64,000 nucleotides of DNA from Lama guanicoe (Eukaryota). The notes beneath the pieces were generated by a model. The model was not told the DNA's origin, did not search any database, and saw only the letters and a list, made by a program, of their open reading frames with translations. The stretch lies in NCBI GenBank assembly GCA_013239625.1, contig MU054212.1, forward strand, positions 2,542,001 to 2,606,000, read 5' to 3'. This document shows, one piece after another, positions 1 to 13,640 of this stretch; the first letter of the stretch is position 1; every line of letters begins with the position of its first letter. Made by a program: the position numbers and the translations under genes.

Positions 1-594
1 TCCTTAATTCTGAAGATGAAAATGGTCCCTAAACATATTTAAATTACTTCTTGCTCTTGTAGTCTTATATTACTCTTTCATAAGAAAAAATTGTAAAATT
101 TTTCTTTATACCAAGAGAAAATGTTGTTAAAACATATTTTGAGTGTCCATAATATGACATATTAATAATCTAGAGATGTGCAAAATTATTTCTTTTTAAT
201 AAACATGAAAAGCTGATTTTGAATAAAATTTTAGAAAAATTTTATAATATACATGTAGTGTAATTTTTGAGAAGCTTTAATGAAGAACAGACCTACCCGT
301 GATGCCATTCTTCAACACAACTGTTAAAAATTTTGTGTATTCCTTTTCAACATTTTTATTCGTTTTAATGTTTATTATAGAGTTACCACCATAGTGTTCA
401 TAAAATTGGGTATCTTTTTTTCACTTACCAGTATATCAGAAGCATTTTTCATGTTACTGCATGAGAGCTACCAAATAGTCTTCGCAGTGTGTCATAATTT
501 TTTATTGCTTTTGTTGGACATTTGAGTTACATTTATGTATTGCTATGCTATAAAAACCACTGTGATGAACATCTTAATGCTTTGATTGCCTATA

Positions 595-1085
595 GAAATT
601 GATTGCAAAAATGCCAGCAGTTCTTCCCCTTTCAGCATCCATGCCCTCTTGCCATGCAACTGTTGAGTGCCCTCCCGCTCTGACTCAGACATGTGACTTA
701 CTTGGCAAATAGGATATTAGCAACCATGGTGCATGCACGTGTTTTCACATTGGAGCCTGCTCCCTTGCTCTCCTGGGAACTCTGCCACCATATCAACAAG
801 CCCAAGCTAGCTTGCTAGATGATGAGACACACAGCCCAGTTGCTCTTACCCCTTCTCCAGACTTGCCAATCACCCCACATATAAGTGAAGCCATCCTCGA
901 TCACTCAGCCACCAGCCAACACTCCAAATGAACACAGAGATTTGAGCAAACGTTGAAATCAACAGAGCTGGCCCAGACAAGAAGAAATGCCAGTGACCCA
1001 CAGAATCATGAGCCAAATAAATGGTTATTAGTTCAAACCACTTTGTTTTGGAGTGATTTGTCATACAGCAGATATAATTAATATA
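595..1085 (+). mobile_element. MaLR LTR (MLT1F/G-like)
   Basis: MLT1 hallmarks: catgtgacttacttggcaaatagga, aagcccaagctagcttgctagatgatgaga, and a 3' end cccacagaatcatgagccaaataaatggttatt...ttttggagtgatttgtcatacagcagata. Confidence 0.75.
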
Positions 1086-1789
1086 GACTTCTGTATTTCC
1101 TTAATGCTACTTTCCCAGGGATAAATTTACTAGGTCAAAGGGCAAGCACACTGACTATATTCTTTAGCTATCATATTCAGTGATAACAAATTATGGTTAA
1201 CAATCCAACTTCTCAACCTTGAAGTGGCCCCAAGAATAGATTAGGCATCATGTAGCTATTATCCGAGTGGTTTCTACAGTCTTCAGACTCTTCTTCAGTG
1301 AGCCAGAATGTGGTATTTGGGATGTCAATCAGCTAAATGGGAATCCCTTGCCACGATTTCCTTAAGACCCAGAATTTGAACCTCCAACTCTGATAAAGAG
1401 ACACATGTCCCGGGTCCCACATCTGCTAGTAATGTGGGAAGTTTCCTGTCCTTGGGCATCCTCACTCTCTGGTCTGATGAGGTCCACTCTGAAGCAGTGA
1501 AGTGGTTTCTCACTTTCTTTCACGCATTCACTCAAACACATTTATTTAGAGTTTATTAGATAATGAAGCAGGTAGTGGGAGGCAGCAAGAAAATGGTTCC
1601 CACCTTAAGGATCCTCTAATCGTCTAGAGGAGAGGAATAAATGCCTAGCCACGCAGATTCTGGCAGCAATCTCCAGACTTTCTATTAAAATATATCCTGA
1701 AACACACTTTGTTTACAGTCACCCAGCTCCTACTTTGATCGTAATTTCATTTCTCTTGGCTTCGACAGTAGTGAAAAAGTGATTTAGAA

Positions 1790-1972
1790 CAAAAATAATT
1801 TTTATATGGACTGCATGGTGAAATGATAATCTTTTGGCTATATTGAGTAAAATAAAATAAATTATTAAACTTAATTTCACTTGTCTCTTTTTATTTTTTA
1901 ATGTTATTATCAGTAAAATTTAATGCCTGGCTCACATTTGCAGCTCACATCATATTTCTATTGGACAGTGTT
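1790..1972. mobile_element. hAT-Charlie MITE (MER3/MER33-like)
   Basis: gaaatgataatcttttggctatattgagtaaaataaaata...ttaatttcacttgtctcttttt...ggctcacat...atttctattggacagtg. Confidence 0.65.
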
Positions 1973-3202
1973 ACCCTAAATTCTTTCAAAGTCTGGATGA
2001 AAAGGATACTGATTTAAACTAAGCAGCAAATAAATCACTTGAATGAAGTTAACTGCAGTCTGGACAGGGGTGAAGACTCACATAAAATAACAGGACTGGG
2101 TCAAACTGTGGATTTGGAATTCTCCCTTGGTGTAGAAACTTGGAAGATTAGCTAAGACTTCAGCTGCTGACACAGAATCATCATATAGCCCTCAAGCCCC
2201 ACATCCCATTTCCCACCTCTGACCACATCTTAGCCATGACCAAGTGGGGATGTCAAGCAAACAACAAATGTATTAAAGCCTTACCAGGTCTGGACATGGA
2301 AATAAAAGACTCATCTCCATTAGGAAGGAGGGTAATGAAGACAGAGAAGGGGTCATGCAAAAAACTTCTTGTAGGAGGAGAGGAAGATTAGTCAGTGAAG
2401 GAGTGGACAAAGGGGTCAGAGACATATGAGGAAAATCGAGCATTATCAGTAAAACAAAGGATTTCAAGTGTGTTTGGAGAAAACAGGAGAACCATGGTAC
2501 CAGACACTACAGGAAACACCAGGTTGAGAAGAATTGAGCCAAAACCACTGGATTAGTGATCAGGGAGTTATCCATGAATGTGAAGAATAACTCTTTAGAG
2601 AGATGAGAACTATAGCTAGAACGCAAGAAGGTAAGTAGTGAGTGGTGATGAGAAAATAGAAACAGAGAGGACAGACTACTCTCCTTTAAATGTTTGATAG
2701 TGAAAGGAAGGAGAAAGACAGAAGGGTGCTAGGGGATAGTTCAACCTTGTACAGAAAACATATTTCCAACAGCAAAATTCTAAAGCTAAATTCACGTTCT
2801 CTACCCAGGTAAGACCTCTGTGAAAACCACCTAATTCTCCTGGGCTCTGTCTATTCATTTTGGAGAGAGCCCAACAAAGCCCATATAATTATCTACAGCT
2901 TGTTCTCATCTGTTTGAAGTCTCTCCTTGATTGTAAACTCTGGATCAATTGTTTTGGTTGAATTCAAGACAAATGGTTCATTGTGTTATTGGAATTTTGT
3001 CAAAAATCCTATTTCTCCTTTAAATTTCCATGTTATTGCTGTTTAGAAGACTGTCAATTTAAGTATATTCCATCTTCTAAATATAATTTTAATTTGCAAG
3101 TTACCCAAGTAAAGGTTTGCTTTCACCTTAAAAAGGTGGAAAGAAGGGAAAGGGAGAGGAGGGTGGGAAAGAAATGGCAGCTGACTGTAATATCTTAAAT
3201 AT

Positions 3203-3227
3203 TATATATATATATATATATATATAT
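3203..3227. repeat. (TA)n microsatellite
   Basis: Uninterrupted tatatata run. Confidence 0.95.
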
Positions 3228-3399
3228 GAAAATAAATAAAAATCTCTCTAGATTTGCTCATTAGAGTTCTTTGTCATTAATGAATACTCCAAGAAAATTT
3301 AAATTTACTTACATTACTTAGTTCCCTGCATCCTATCCACCCATCCCCAATCTACAGCCACTTTCCCTTCTCCTTTCTAGCTCACAGTCACTTTCAGGT

Positions 3400-3640
3400 T
3401 ACAGCTGAACATCACTTCCCCATCGCTGCCCTTCCAACTGGGTTAGGATAAATGCCATATGTTACTTTCATAATCCTCAACATCCTTTATTTGCAATTAT
3501 TTGTTTACTATCCATCTTTCCCACCAGTCAACAATCTAAAAAAGTAGGAACCATGGCTGTCTTGTGTAAGCTGGGTCAGCACTCTGCATAGTGCCTAGCA
3601 TAAAGCAGGTGCCCAATAATATTTAGTTAAGTGAATAAAT
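3400..3640 (+). mobile_element. L2 LINE 3' end fragment
   Basis: atagtgcctagcataaagcaggtgcccaataatatttagttaagtgaataaat resembles the L2 terminus. Confidence 0.55.
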
Positions 3641-4029
3641 ACATAAAGCTCTGAAAAAGGTGATCATCTAGCAACCCTCATTCTATCTCCTGTTCCTGAC
3701 AGAATACAGCATTACTTTCTGAATTCATAGAATCAAAGACCATAGTACTTCTGTGATACTTAATAATAATAAGTGATCACTTAACAGTGATACTTAAAGG
3801 TGACTGGGTCTAAATACTTACTTTAAGCAACAGAAAAAAAAACAAACACAGTCTTATGAAGCACAGGTTGAGGGAACCAGAGCCTTGCCTGTTCTGCCTC
3901 TTATTTTCAAGGAAATACACCCACACACACCTCACACAGCTCCACAGAAACTTGGGGCTCCATGGACAACAATTATAAAAACCATGAGACTGGATTAATA
4001 TCCACAGTATGTTAAAAAAAAAAGGGGGG

Positions 4030-4560
4030 GCCTAGAAATCAACAAGAAAAAAATGACAAATCAACCAATAGAAAAAATGTACAAAGGTTATGAAAAGGAA
4101 ATTCACTGAAGATATACCAGTGATCAATAAAGGTATGTAAAGATGGTGAACTTCTCTGCTAATTAGGAAGATGCAGGTTGAAGCAACAAGGAAAAAGACT
4201 TTACCAAGGAAAAAGACTTCACATTGGTAAAAATGCAAATGTTATCAAGGTGAGAAAGTAGAAAAAAAAAAAAGGTGAGAAAGTGAGAAAGCATTGTTAT
4301 GGAAGTGGAGATTGGGCAGCAATTCCCATTTTAAATTGTATTTGTCTTTTGACCTAGAAATATTACTTCTAGGAAACCATTCCATAGAAATTGCAGGCAT
4401 GTGCATAGAAGTAAACATCCTTGAACATATCTTTGTGCATTATTCTTAATAAAGAGAAATTGAAAACAAACCTCAATGACTATCAGTAGAAGATTTAAAT
4501 AAATTGTAACATTCATACTATGGAACACTACGAAATCATTTTTTAATGGTAGATAACAAC
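4030..4560 (+). mobile_element. Old L1 (L1M-type) ORF2-end/3'UTR fragment
   Basis: aatcaacaagaaaaaaatgacaaatcaaccaatagaaaaaatg, tttgacctagaaatattacttctagga and cattcatactatggaacacta are degenerate L1 motifs. Confidence 0.65.
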
Positions 4561-6334
4561 AAAAACAACATGTATAAAAGTAATAGACGATAGAATGTTA
4601 AATTGGGAGTTTTAACTGAGGCACCAAGATGCAGTGAATATAGCATACCAAAGTTAGATATCAGCCTAATTTTTAATGCAAATAATCCAAAAACTAGTTA
4701 CTGAACTCTTAAACATCTCTCCCTATTCAAAGATTAATTTATGGGAAATTAAGAGATCTGAGGAACACTTCTCTGAAAGGAATACTTTGCTGAAAGCCAC
4801 AGATGTACAATGAGTAGGACCAAGGAGGAAGGGTTTGAGGTGCTCCCTGTATATCTCAAGTTCAAAGAGAGTGACTCCAGAGAAACTACTTAGAGAAAGA
4901 AATAAACCATCCCCTAGAGTTAGGGGGACAGGGGAGAGTGAACCGGTGTCTGATTCCATCTGAAATGTAGAAAATGAGAGACAAGCTGTCTAGCTACTGA
5001 TGGATGAGCTGAAGGAGAAGTGGCTGTGCTGGGGGTGGCCTGTACTGCCACGGTTGATGAAGTAAAAAGACTTGAGTGATTCCCATGGGCCAGATGTTGT
5101 CCATGGGGAAGAAACAACCAGCTTGATGTCTTCTTGGGGCCTGTCTAATTGGGCTAGTTGAGAGGGTGGACAGGCTTCAGCAGAGAGAAGCTGAAGGCGG
5201 TAATATATTTCTATGGACTGCACAGTGGGAAAGCAGTTCATCATTCTTATCAAGGGAAACACAGGTGGGAACTCCCTCATGGCTGTGGATATCCCAAAAG
5301 AACCCATGCAAACATCCATAAGAGAAAGAGTCCATTGTTAAAAGCTGCCAGATTTAGAAAGCACAAAATCATCCAATCAATTTCCTGCCCCCTCACTGAT
5401 TTCCTTCTCCCTGTTTCAACCCTGGAAGTGTCAGCGACCACAGAAGATGTCAGAAGAGGGCTAGGAAGATAAGATGAAGAAAGAGCTTGAACTCAATCTA
5501 CCTTTCCCAGGACAGACTTCCCACCTACTAGACTGCTCACACATCTGGTGCTTCAGGACTCTTCTACATGACGTCCCTCTTTAGAACAGTAGCCTAGACT
5601 TCTTACATGGCAGCCATAAAAGACAGGAAGTAGAAACTGACAGTCCTTTATAATGCTAAGTCTGGAACTGGTCATCTTCTATTATGTCATTCTTCTGCCA
5701 TGTTCTGTGGGTCAAACCAGTCCAGCCCAGATTCTAGAGACTCTGCTTCCCAGTGGCGGAGTGGCATTTGTGTACATGGAGGGAAGAACTCATGCCAGCC
5801 AGGTGTGGAATCAAGTTACCACAAGATTTCTGACCAACATTTAAATAAATCTGAGATCCTGTTGACAGGGAAAAAGTGGAAAAACAGATGTGAAGTAGGC
5901 AACCACTTCAGTATTTACTTGGGCAAATTGTCTCTGAGAAGAGGTGTGTTTGTATTCCAGCCTAATCATGGGCTCCATTATGAATTGCAAACCAGAATGA
6001 CCATCTATGAAATAACAATATGGATTCCTTTAATGTACCCAATCACTTATTCAGTGTTAACTACCATAATTTTTCAAAAATCGTAAGATATTTTAGCTGA
6101 TGGAAATTCATAGATCATTTTATCCAACAAATCATTTTACCCATCTAGAAGCAGGGATTCAGTAAAATTACATACTATGTCCAAGATAACAGTAAACAGT
6201 AGAGCCAGGACATTGACGACTAAGACTTGCGTATGTTTCAGGCCCTCATTCTGCCTTCACAATACAGAGTTCACGTCTCTGGTAACAGAGAACTGGATTG
6301 GGAGTCATAGACCAAGTCCCATGTATAGCATTGC

Positions 6335-6700
6335 GTGACACAGGCTGTTAGTGGCCCCTGAATATTCAGCCTCACCTTTTTCATAGCAAAAGACCTCCGC
6401 TTTTACTTAGGGCATGTGCTGGACTAAAACACTGCATCTCCCAAACTTTCTTGGCAATAGATACAGTCATGTAACAAAGCTCTGGACAATGAGATTTAAG
6501 CACAAGTGTGTGTCTTTAGGATGTAGCCTTCACCCATGGTCCTTGTCTTCCCCCTTCGTTCACCCTTCCTCTGTTCTGATGTCTGACTCCACCATGATAG
6601 CCAGACACTAGCAGCCAGGTGGGACCACACAGAAGCAGACAAGGGCCACACCCTAGGGAAGTGGAAGGAACCCTGGCTTCTGACAGCTCTGCACAACTAC
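6335..6700 (+). mobile_element. MaLR LTR fragment (MLT1-like)
   Basis: actgcatctcccaaactttcttggcaatagatacagtcatgtaacaaagctctggacaatgagat...ggaaggaaccctggcttctga. Confidence 0.55.
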
Positions 6701-9700
6701 CCACAAATGATCTAACTTCCCCCCACATTTTCTTCCTGTCAGCTTCTGCAGCCTCCATAGTCTCCAGGTATAGCATTGCTACCCTCCCAGACACAAAACG
6801 ACTCAAAACTCTGGCATCATCTTTAGCTCCCTTGTTTCCGTCATCAGACAGCAAATCCTTCACCACATCTTTCTGATTCTTTTGTCACTGCATGCTCTGG
6901 CTCTTCCCTCCTAGCCTGGATCTGCCTGAGCAGCTGCCTGATTGGTAGTGATAGTGACAGCAGCAACTAAAGCTACTCGCCAACCTCATGAGATGATGCT
7001 TTGCTCACTGACTTGGCTGTATCCTCTGCTTTTGTCAGTCACTGTCCATTGTGTTTTCTGTAGGCAGTGCATCTTATGAGGCAGAAAAGAAATGTCAGGG
7101 GTAAAATCTTCCAACAAACCTAAGAGAGTCTGCCATTCATACATTCACTCAGTTTTATCATGTATTTGTTCTGTGCTAAGACCTGAGCTGGTGTCAGGGG
7201 CGGGGGGTGGGGAGGCCGGGCAGGGGCAGAGGATGCCTGAGACATAGCCTCTGCCCTCAAGGACCACCACTTCCAAAGGAGAAGATAGTTCTGTATACAT
7301 AGAAACCAGAAACAAATAACTAGATGAAAATTTATTTTCAAGAAGAAAGTCCCAAAGCCAAGCTTCTGTTTGCCATTCAAGGAAGAACAATGCAAACACC
7401 ACCCAGAGTCTCTTAGGCCCAGTCTACACATTTGGAAGAGAGTCCCAAAGAGCCCATGCAATAACCTACAGCACAATAACTTCTGTTGTAATCTCATAGT
7501 GGTTGCAAAATGCCCATCTATCGTCTTAGCTAAATGGGATCTGGGTGATTATACTCCTTCCAGATCTAAATATCTATGTTCTATGAAATACATAACTAAT
7601 GACAGTTATGGTTACCCAGACACAAATACATGAGTGCTTAGTGATAGGAGTGTCTTGTGATGGGCAAGTTAATCCAGGGGGGTTTAACAGAGGAACTACC
7701 CACATAGGCATTCCAGGAAGAATGAGAGTGCTTTCCTGCCAATAATACTTCCAACTGAGTAAACCACTATCAGAACCCTCACCTGCACGTCATACAAAAG
7801 TTTCCACATATATGTTTCATGAGAGAATGAGGCAAAGCTACTTAATAAATAAAATATTATGGTTTCATTGCACATTTCTATTTTTATACTTCTTCTAAAA
7901 ATGGATTTCAAGTCACTGATAATGAAAAACATCTATACAATAGGAGGATTTTGTAACAGATAAGACAGCAAGAGACTTAGAACACTAGACGGATGGAATT
8001 GATCAGAACAGTCACCTCGCAGCTTCCCAGCAGCTAAGGCAAAATGTAAAACACCCTGGGCTACATCATTCTCATTAACTGATAAAAAGAAGGTTATCGG
8101 TTTATCAGGATCTCTTTTCAATTTTCTGAGGAGAATTTATTGTGTAGATCTGTACAAAAAGGACATTGAACAACTTGCAAATAATCTATTAAAAAGCAGA
8201 TTTTAAAATACTTTAAATCAATGCTCAATAAAACAATGAAGCATAGTGTCGAATTGTAGTCTGTGTAGGACCACCTAATACAATGTCGCTGCTAGCTCTA
8301 GAACCTTATTTTTAGAAGAAATGAAGGTCCTGTCCTAGAGAATCTTTTGTAAAAACTGGATATCCCAGGCTCAAGAGCCCAACCAGCTGAGCTGTCACTT
8401 TACACAGATACGTTTCTGTGTGACCTGGAAATTTGCAGCAGGACTGTGAGGGGTTCTCTGAATTCTCAGTCAACACCTGCTGACCACTTGGTCAAGGTAT
8501 GCCAAACCAGCCCACCAAAGTACTAGTACAGAGGGTCAGAAAGAATTCTCTGAAAAACAGCCTTCATTCTCAGTGGGTTCACGATGAACTCTGAGTGCTC
8601 TGAACTTCACTGAGTGCCACTGGCAGCACTGGAGAACCTTCCCAAATGGACCAGGTGCATTTCCACAATGCCAAATGACAGACTAGGGCTGCTAATGCTT
8701 CTTTGTTTTCTCTCCGAAAATTTAAGAGCATGGATTCCTCTAGTCCTCTGAGAATGCTGACTTGTCCCTTTGACATCCCAGGCTTGGTCCAAGCTTGACC
8801 ACCAGACATCTGCCCAGTGGCTATCTAGCTTCTCATTCCTAAGAACGGAGCAGCCGTGCTCAGTGCCCAATGCAATTCGAAGAACAGGGACTCCGGAGAC
8901 CAAAAGTAGACGTTCCAGAGTAAGACCGAATTCCAACAACTGCTGTCCAAACTTGGTTACCCAAGAGTTTTGGTGGGTATTTAGAACCCACTTCTTACTC
9001 TGAAATCTCCAGACTCCCTAGATCCACAAAGCAGAAGCAGTAAGCCCCAGAAGCCTTTAAAATTCTTTCCCTAAATCACTGTGGATCTCAAAAATCCCAA
9101 GTGAGGCCAGCAGAGGAGGGCAGAACTGAAGGTTGGACGGGTCCCTATGCCTCTGCATGTGTTTCTTCCACCTGGATGGAACTGCCTGTCTCTTGTTCAT
9201 CTATCAAAATCCTACTCATCCTTCAAAACCCAGGTCAGACCTTATCACTTCTGGAAATATTTCCCTGACAACTCCCTCTCTCCAGGAGAATAAATCACTC
9301 CCAGTTCTATATTATTTCTTTATTTGTACAGACTTTACTGCTGCCTGTATCATTTTGAGTTTATTTCTCATGCTCAACTCTAAACTCCACAAAGGCAGAG
9401 ATTTTTATTCCTCTTTGTAATCCTCAGTGCTAGCAGAGAGCTTACCATTTTCTAGGGGTTTAATTAAGAGTTTGTTGAACTCTCTGAACAAGGGTTTTAA
9501 GCATGACTGAAAATTCCAAGGGTTAAGAAAAATTCCAAGGGTTACATTAGGGATTTGTCAGCATCCCAGACAGCCTGGGTAAGGTCTTCCTACTTTCAGT
9601 GCTGTCTGCTATACTTCACATTAGATTCTTAAGTTGTGAGTTAATCTTTAAGAACTCAAGACCTGTAGCGTGACAAGTTGTGATAAGGAGGGATCGTGTG

Positions 9701-9864
9701 TTCAGTGAGGTAACAACACATTGAAGGAAAATGTTTTGAAATGTTTACTTCTATTGTTCCCTGGTTTCTCCCCATTCCCATCACAGGGCCACTAAATTCT
9801 TCCACTTATATACTGATAACCTCTTTTCCCCTCAGCTCATGGTCAAAAGTCTCTCACTATAAAC

Positions 9865-10358
9865 TGACAAAGACTCTGTGCCAACTAAACCTTGACAAAG
9901 ACAAACTTTAGTCGGGACCCTGAACCTTCTTCTAGACCATCTGTGCACCAACTTGTGAAAGTTAGTTTATGTAAGAACTCTGCTAAGTCAGCCTAGCCAG
10001 AACACCCCACCTTGCTATCTGATCACTCTTGTTATCTGATCGGGTTCTTCCTCCTTCACAACCCCCCAGGTATTGTCTCATCACCATGGCCTGTCTTCAG
10101 CAAGAATCCTGTCAGGTGGGTTTAGCCAGAAGCCCCCTTAGCCCTGATGGTTCCTCCTAGGAGCTTTCCTTCCACTGACCCCGACCCTGTTCCTGGCAGG
10201 AAGTCCCACTTGCCCATGCTGTGTTTGGACTTGAGTCCAATTTCTCTCCCACACTGTAAAATCCCATGCCAGTGAAGCTTGTATCTATCACGATGGTCCT
10301 GAATAAAGTCTGCCTTAACATCCTTTACAAGTGTCACTGAAAATTTTTGTCTTTAATA
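9865..10358 (+). mobile_element. Solo ERV1 LTR (MER31/MER67-like)
   Basis: Starts TGACAAAGACTCT...aaactttagtc, has internal tatctgatc repeats and AATAAAgtctgcctt near the 3' end, and ends tgtctttaata. Confidence 0.75.
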
Positions 10359-11150
10359 GAACCAGAAGGAAAAGCTTCAGGCACTTAACTATTTTGGGAG
10401 AAAATAAAATCTACTAACCTAAATCCAAGGAGAAAGATTCAAATGCATATTTGCACAGTGTGTTTTCCTGTTCTTAGAAATAAGAAAATATTCTCTTCTC
10501 AGCTTTAAATGGGAGAAAAGAAGGGAACGGAATCACAGGGGTGGCGGGGGTGCGTTTGAAAAGAAAACTGCTAAAGCCAAGAGCATGGAGCCCAGCCTCT
10601 CTCTCCTGCATTGGAGGAAACTCAGCTGACAGCAGCCAACCCATCATCCAGGCATTCTGTGGGTTGGAATGACTCTCATAAGGGCACTGGAATTTTTCCT
10701 ACCCTCCACTCCTCATCCATCCTCTCACATCACCTTCATCCCATGGTGGCCCAGGACATTAATAAGCTCCTCTCAGAGTGGACAATGGACGTCATCACCT
10801 TCTGGGTGATGGCAGGAAGGAAAAGACCCCCAGTGGGCAGGGACCATACAGAAGCATTTGAAATCAGCCATAGCACAGCAGTGAGATACATGATCCCCAT
10901 TACAGCAGCATTCTGCGATGTTCTGAAATATGGAACCTTCCCATGTTCAACATCAGGCAACTCAGGTACCAAGGCTCCCTCAGTCCCAACAGGACTCTAG
11001 TTAAATGATCTCTGGCTTGAGGAGGGAGCCGTCATCTCTGTCTCCAGGCAACATAGTTACCCTGGATTTTTAGGTTATGAAGACTTTCAGATTCTATCGC
11101 CCAGCTTCCAGCTAATACCCCAAGTGCTAACATTTTTAGTACTGGGGGCT

Positions 11151-11488
11151 CACTTCAAAACTGTGCTTAAAGTTAAAATCTAACCTAAAATATACATTTT
11201 CTACTTGGTGACTGAGGCGTGAAATGGAATCACGTAGGATAAGGAAGTGGCAGAGCAGAACAAAGAAACAATACCAACAACACAGAAATTAGTGTTTTCT
11301 GAGCTCTGGGAAACACATGTTTGAGAAAGCTAATTCCCCAGGAAGTACTTGCTACTGCGTTGTAGTTTTTTTTCCTGTTCTACTCTACCACGTCCTTATC
11401 CCATGTGATTGTGTTTCATGGCTCAGTCACTGAAAAGAAAATGTATATTTTAATTTTGAAGTGTGAATTCTGAAACATCTTTGAAGTG
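11151..11488. repeat. ~340 bp imperfect palindrome (MITE-like inverted repeat)
   Basis: cacttcaaa 11151 pairs with tttgaagtg 11480-11488; taaaatatacattttct 11186-11202 pairs with agaaaatgtatatttta 11436-11452; gtgactgag pairs with ctcagtcac; aatcacgtaggataagga pairs with tccttatcccatgtgatt. Confidence 0.85.
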
Positions 11489-13119
11489 TGCACTGGTGCA
11501 ACAAAGCTGAATCCCTAGGCCTGACAGATCAACAGCAGAGGTGAGATGATTGAAAAGAAAGTTGAGAGCTCAAAAAGTTGATTCAGCAAGAAAATTTGGG
11601 ATGACATTAGGTGGCAAGAAGTAAACAAGTGGCAAACTAACTGTTGCTCAAAGTCAGGTATATATTAAGACCACCAAAAACAAAAATTCAAGCGCCTCTA
11701 GAAGGCAGGTGGTAGCAATTAACAGGAGAACAAAGGGTTTTGTTTGGTTTTTTTTTTTTCTTCATTGATTTTTCTGGGAGAAGTACTGCAATGTTTGAGC
11801 CCAATTACAAGAATTCTAATAATAATCGCTTCACTTGTAAAGAAGAATAAATCCAAAGGAAAGGTGTATACAATAGTTTATTGTTTTTTAAATCAGAAGT
11901 ACAGCATTTTAAGAGTCCAGTCACATTTTTTAATGGCAAAGAGGGCTACAATTGTTTTTCCAAGACAGTTATTCAATAATTCTTACACTCACTGTTTGCT
12001 GTTATAGAGAAAAGCTTTGGAGAGAGGGAATTGATGGTCATAGAGGCACAAGACCTGCAGAAGTTCCAACACAAAAATGCTCCTTATGTCTAGTTGACGG
12101 TTCTACCGGCGTCAACAGCCATCTGGGGCTTGAATGTCATTTGGCATTTGTATCTCTAAAATTTATTTAATCATTTCTTTTTGCCTTTCTAAAAAACAAA
12201 AATAGGGAGGAAAATCAACTTTTTGTATCCTGGGAGAAAATTTCACCCTCAATGGAAAAGAGCTTTATGCTTATATATGTTTTCTTAACAATAACAACAT
12301 TTGTGTTACCCAAGCAGCCTTCTCCTCAGCTTTACCATAAAAATCTATTGTTTAAGGAGGGACATGATTCCTGAGCTAGTCATCATGCTTCAGTTTATTT
12401 ATTGCACTAAAGGAGAAAGAATGTTGATCCCTTAAGCCCTCACTGCACTTCTGAGGGACCTCAAGATTCCAAAACTTCATTTGATGATTGAAAGAAAAAA
12501 ATCCTACAGTGTTGTATATGGAAAGCCATGTTTATCCAATAGGCCTGAATGCTACGGATTCACCAAAACAAAGACATGACTGAAGAAAAGAAGTCTTGGA
12601 AAAAAGAGAAAAAGCATCCCTGGATAGCAACAGGCCAGCTGTTCCTCCAAAAAGGCCTTCAGTTGATGGCACATTTTTTTCAGACTTTTTCTGTAAACTA
12701 GTTCAATTATCTACTAAACCTCTCCTGAACCTTTCACTAGCAACTTTTCACTCCTCTCTGTTTCTTAAGACAAAGTGAGACAAATAGCCTAAACAGGAAA
12801 AGAAAAAAATGTATAGTAATGCTTACTAAAATCAAGAACTTAGAGTTCTTCCCTTAAAAATGAATTAACAAATTTTTCAAATCATGACTTTGTCCATTTA
12901 ATATTTTTATTTGAGAACAAAGTGTACAGAGTCTAGAATGTACACACATGTGCAAATGGCTCAAAAACCATATGTACAAATTCAGAAATTAAATCCCTTT
13001 AGTGTTTCACATATTTGAGCTCACATAAGCCAATAAATTTTGAAGTTGTGGGTTTCTAGAGAAACAAGAATTTTCCAACTCCTGCACAGTGAATACTTTA
13101 TACTTTTTAAAACATATAA

Positions 13120-13640
13120 GTAAATCCAAACTGAGAGACATTCTACAAAATAACTGATTTGTACTCTTAAAAAATGTCAAGGTCATGACAAAGACAGACT
13201 GGAGACTGTTCCAGACTGAAGGAGACTAAAGAGACTTGACAGTCGAATGCAATGGTTCATCTGAGGTTTTCTTTTGCTATAAAGGAAATTACTGGGAAAA
13301 CCAGCAATTTGAAAAAGGTAGATCAGATAATAGTATTATATCAGTGCTAATTTTGTAAGAGAACTTCATTGCTTTAGGGAACATATCAGTATTTAAGAGT
13401 AAAGGGGCATTATGTCTGCAACCTACTCTTGAAAATACAGTTCAGAAAAACTTAATAAAATGCATATAGGTATGTGTGTGTATACATTATAGACACATAC
13501 ACACAGAATGGGGGCAGTATAAATTAAGCAAATGTGGTATAGTATAGAAATCTGGAGACTAACTGAAGGGCATACAAATTTTTTTTTTACTGTGCTTGTA
13601 AGGTTTCTGGAAATTTGAAACTATGTCAAAATAAAGAGCA
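13120..13640 (+). mobile_element. Old L1 3'UTR (L1MC-like)
   Basis: aaatccaaactgagagacattctacaaaataactg...gttccagactgaaggagactaaagagacttgacag...tttctggaaatttgaaactatgtcaaaataaa. Confidence 0.7.

Noticed and set aside
9510..9544. Short tandem duplications (also 16967-17002, 22748-22803, 23651-23686) as CRISPR-like or functional arrays
   Set aside because: Each has only two copies and no spacer series. They are ordinary slippage duplications in a mammalian genome.
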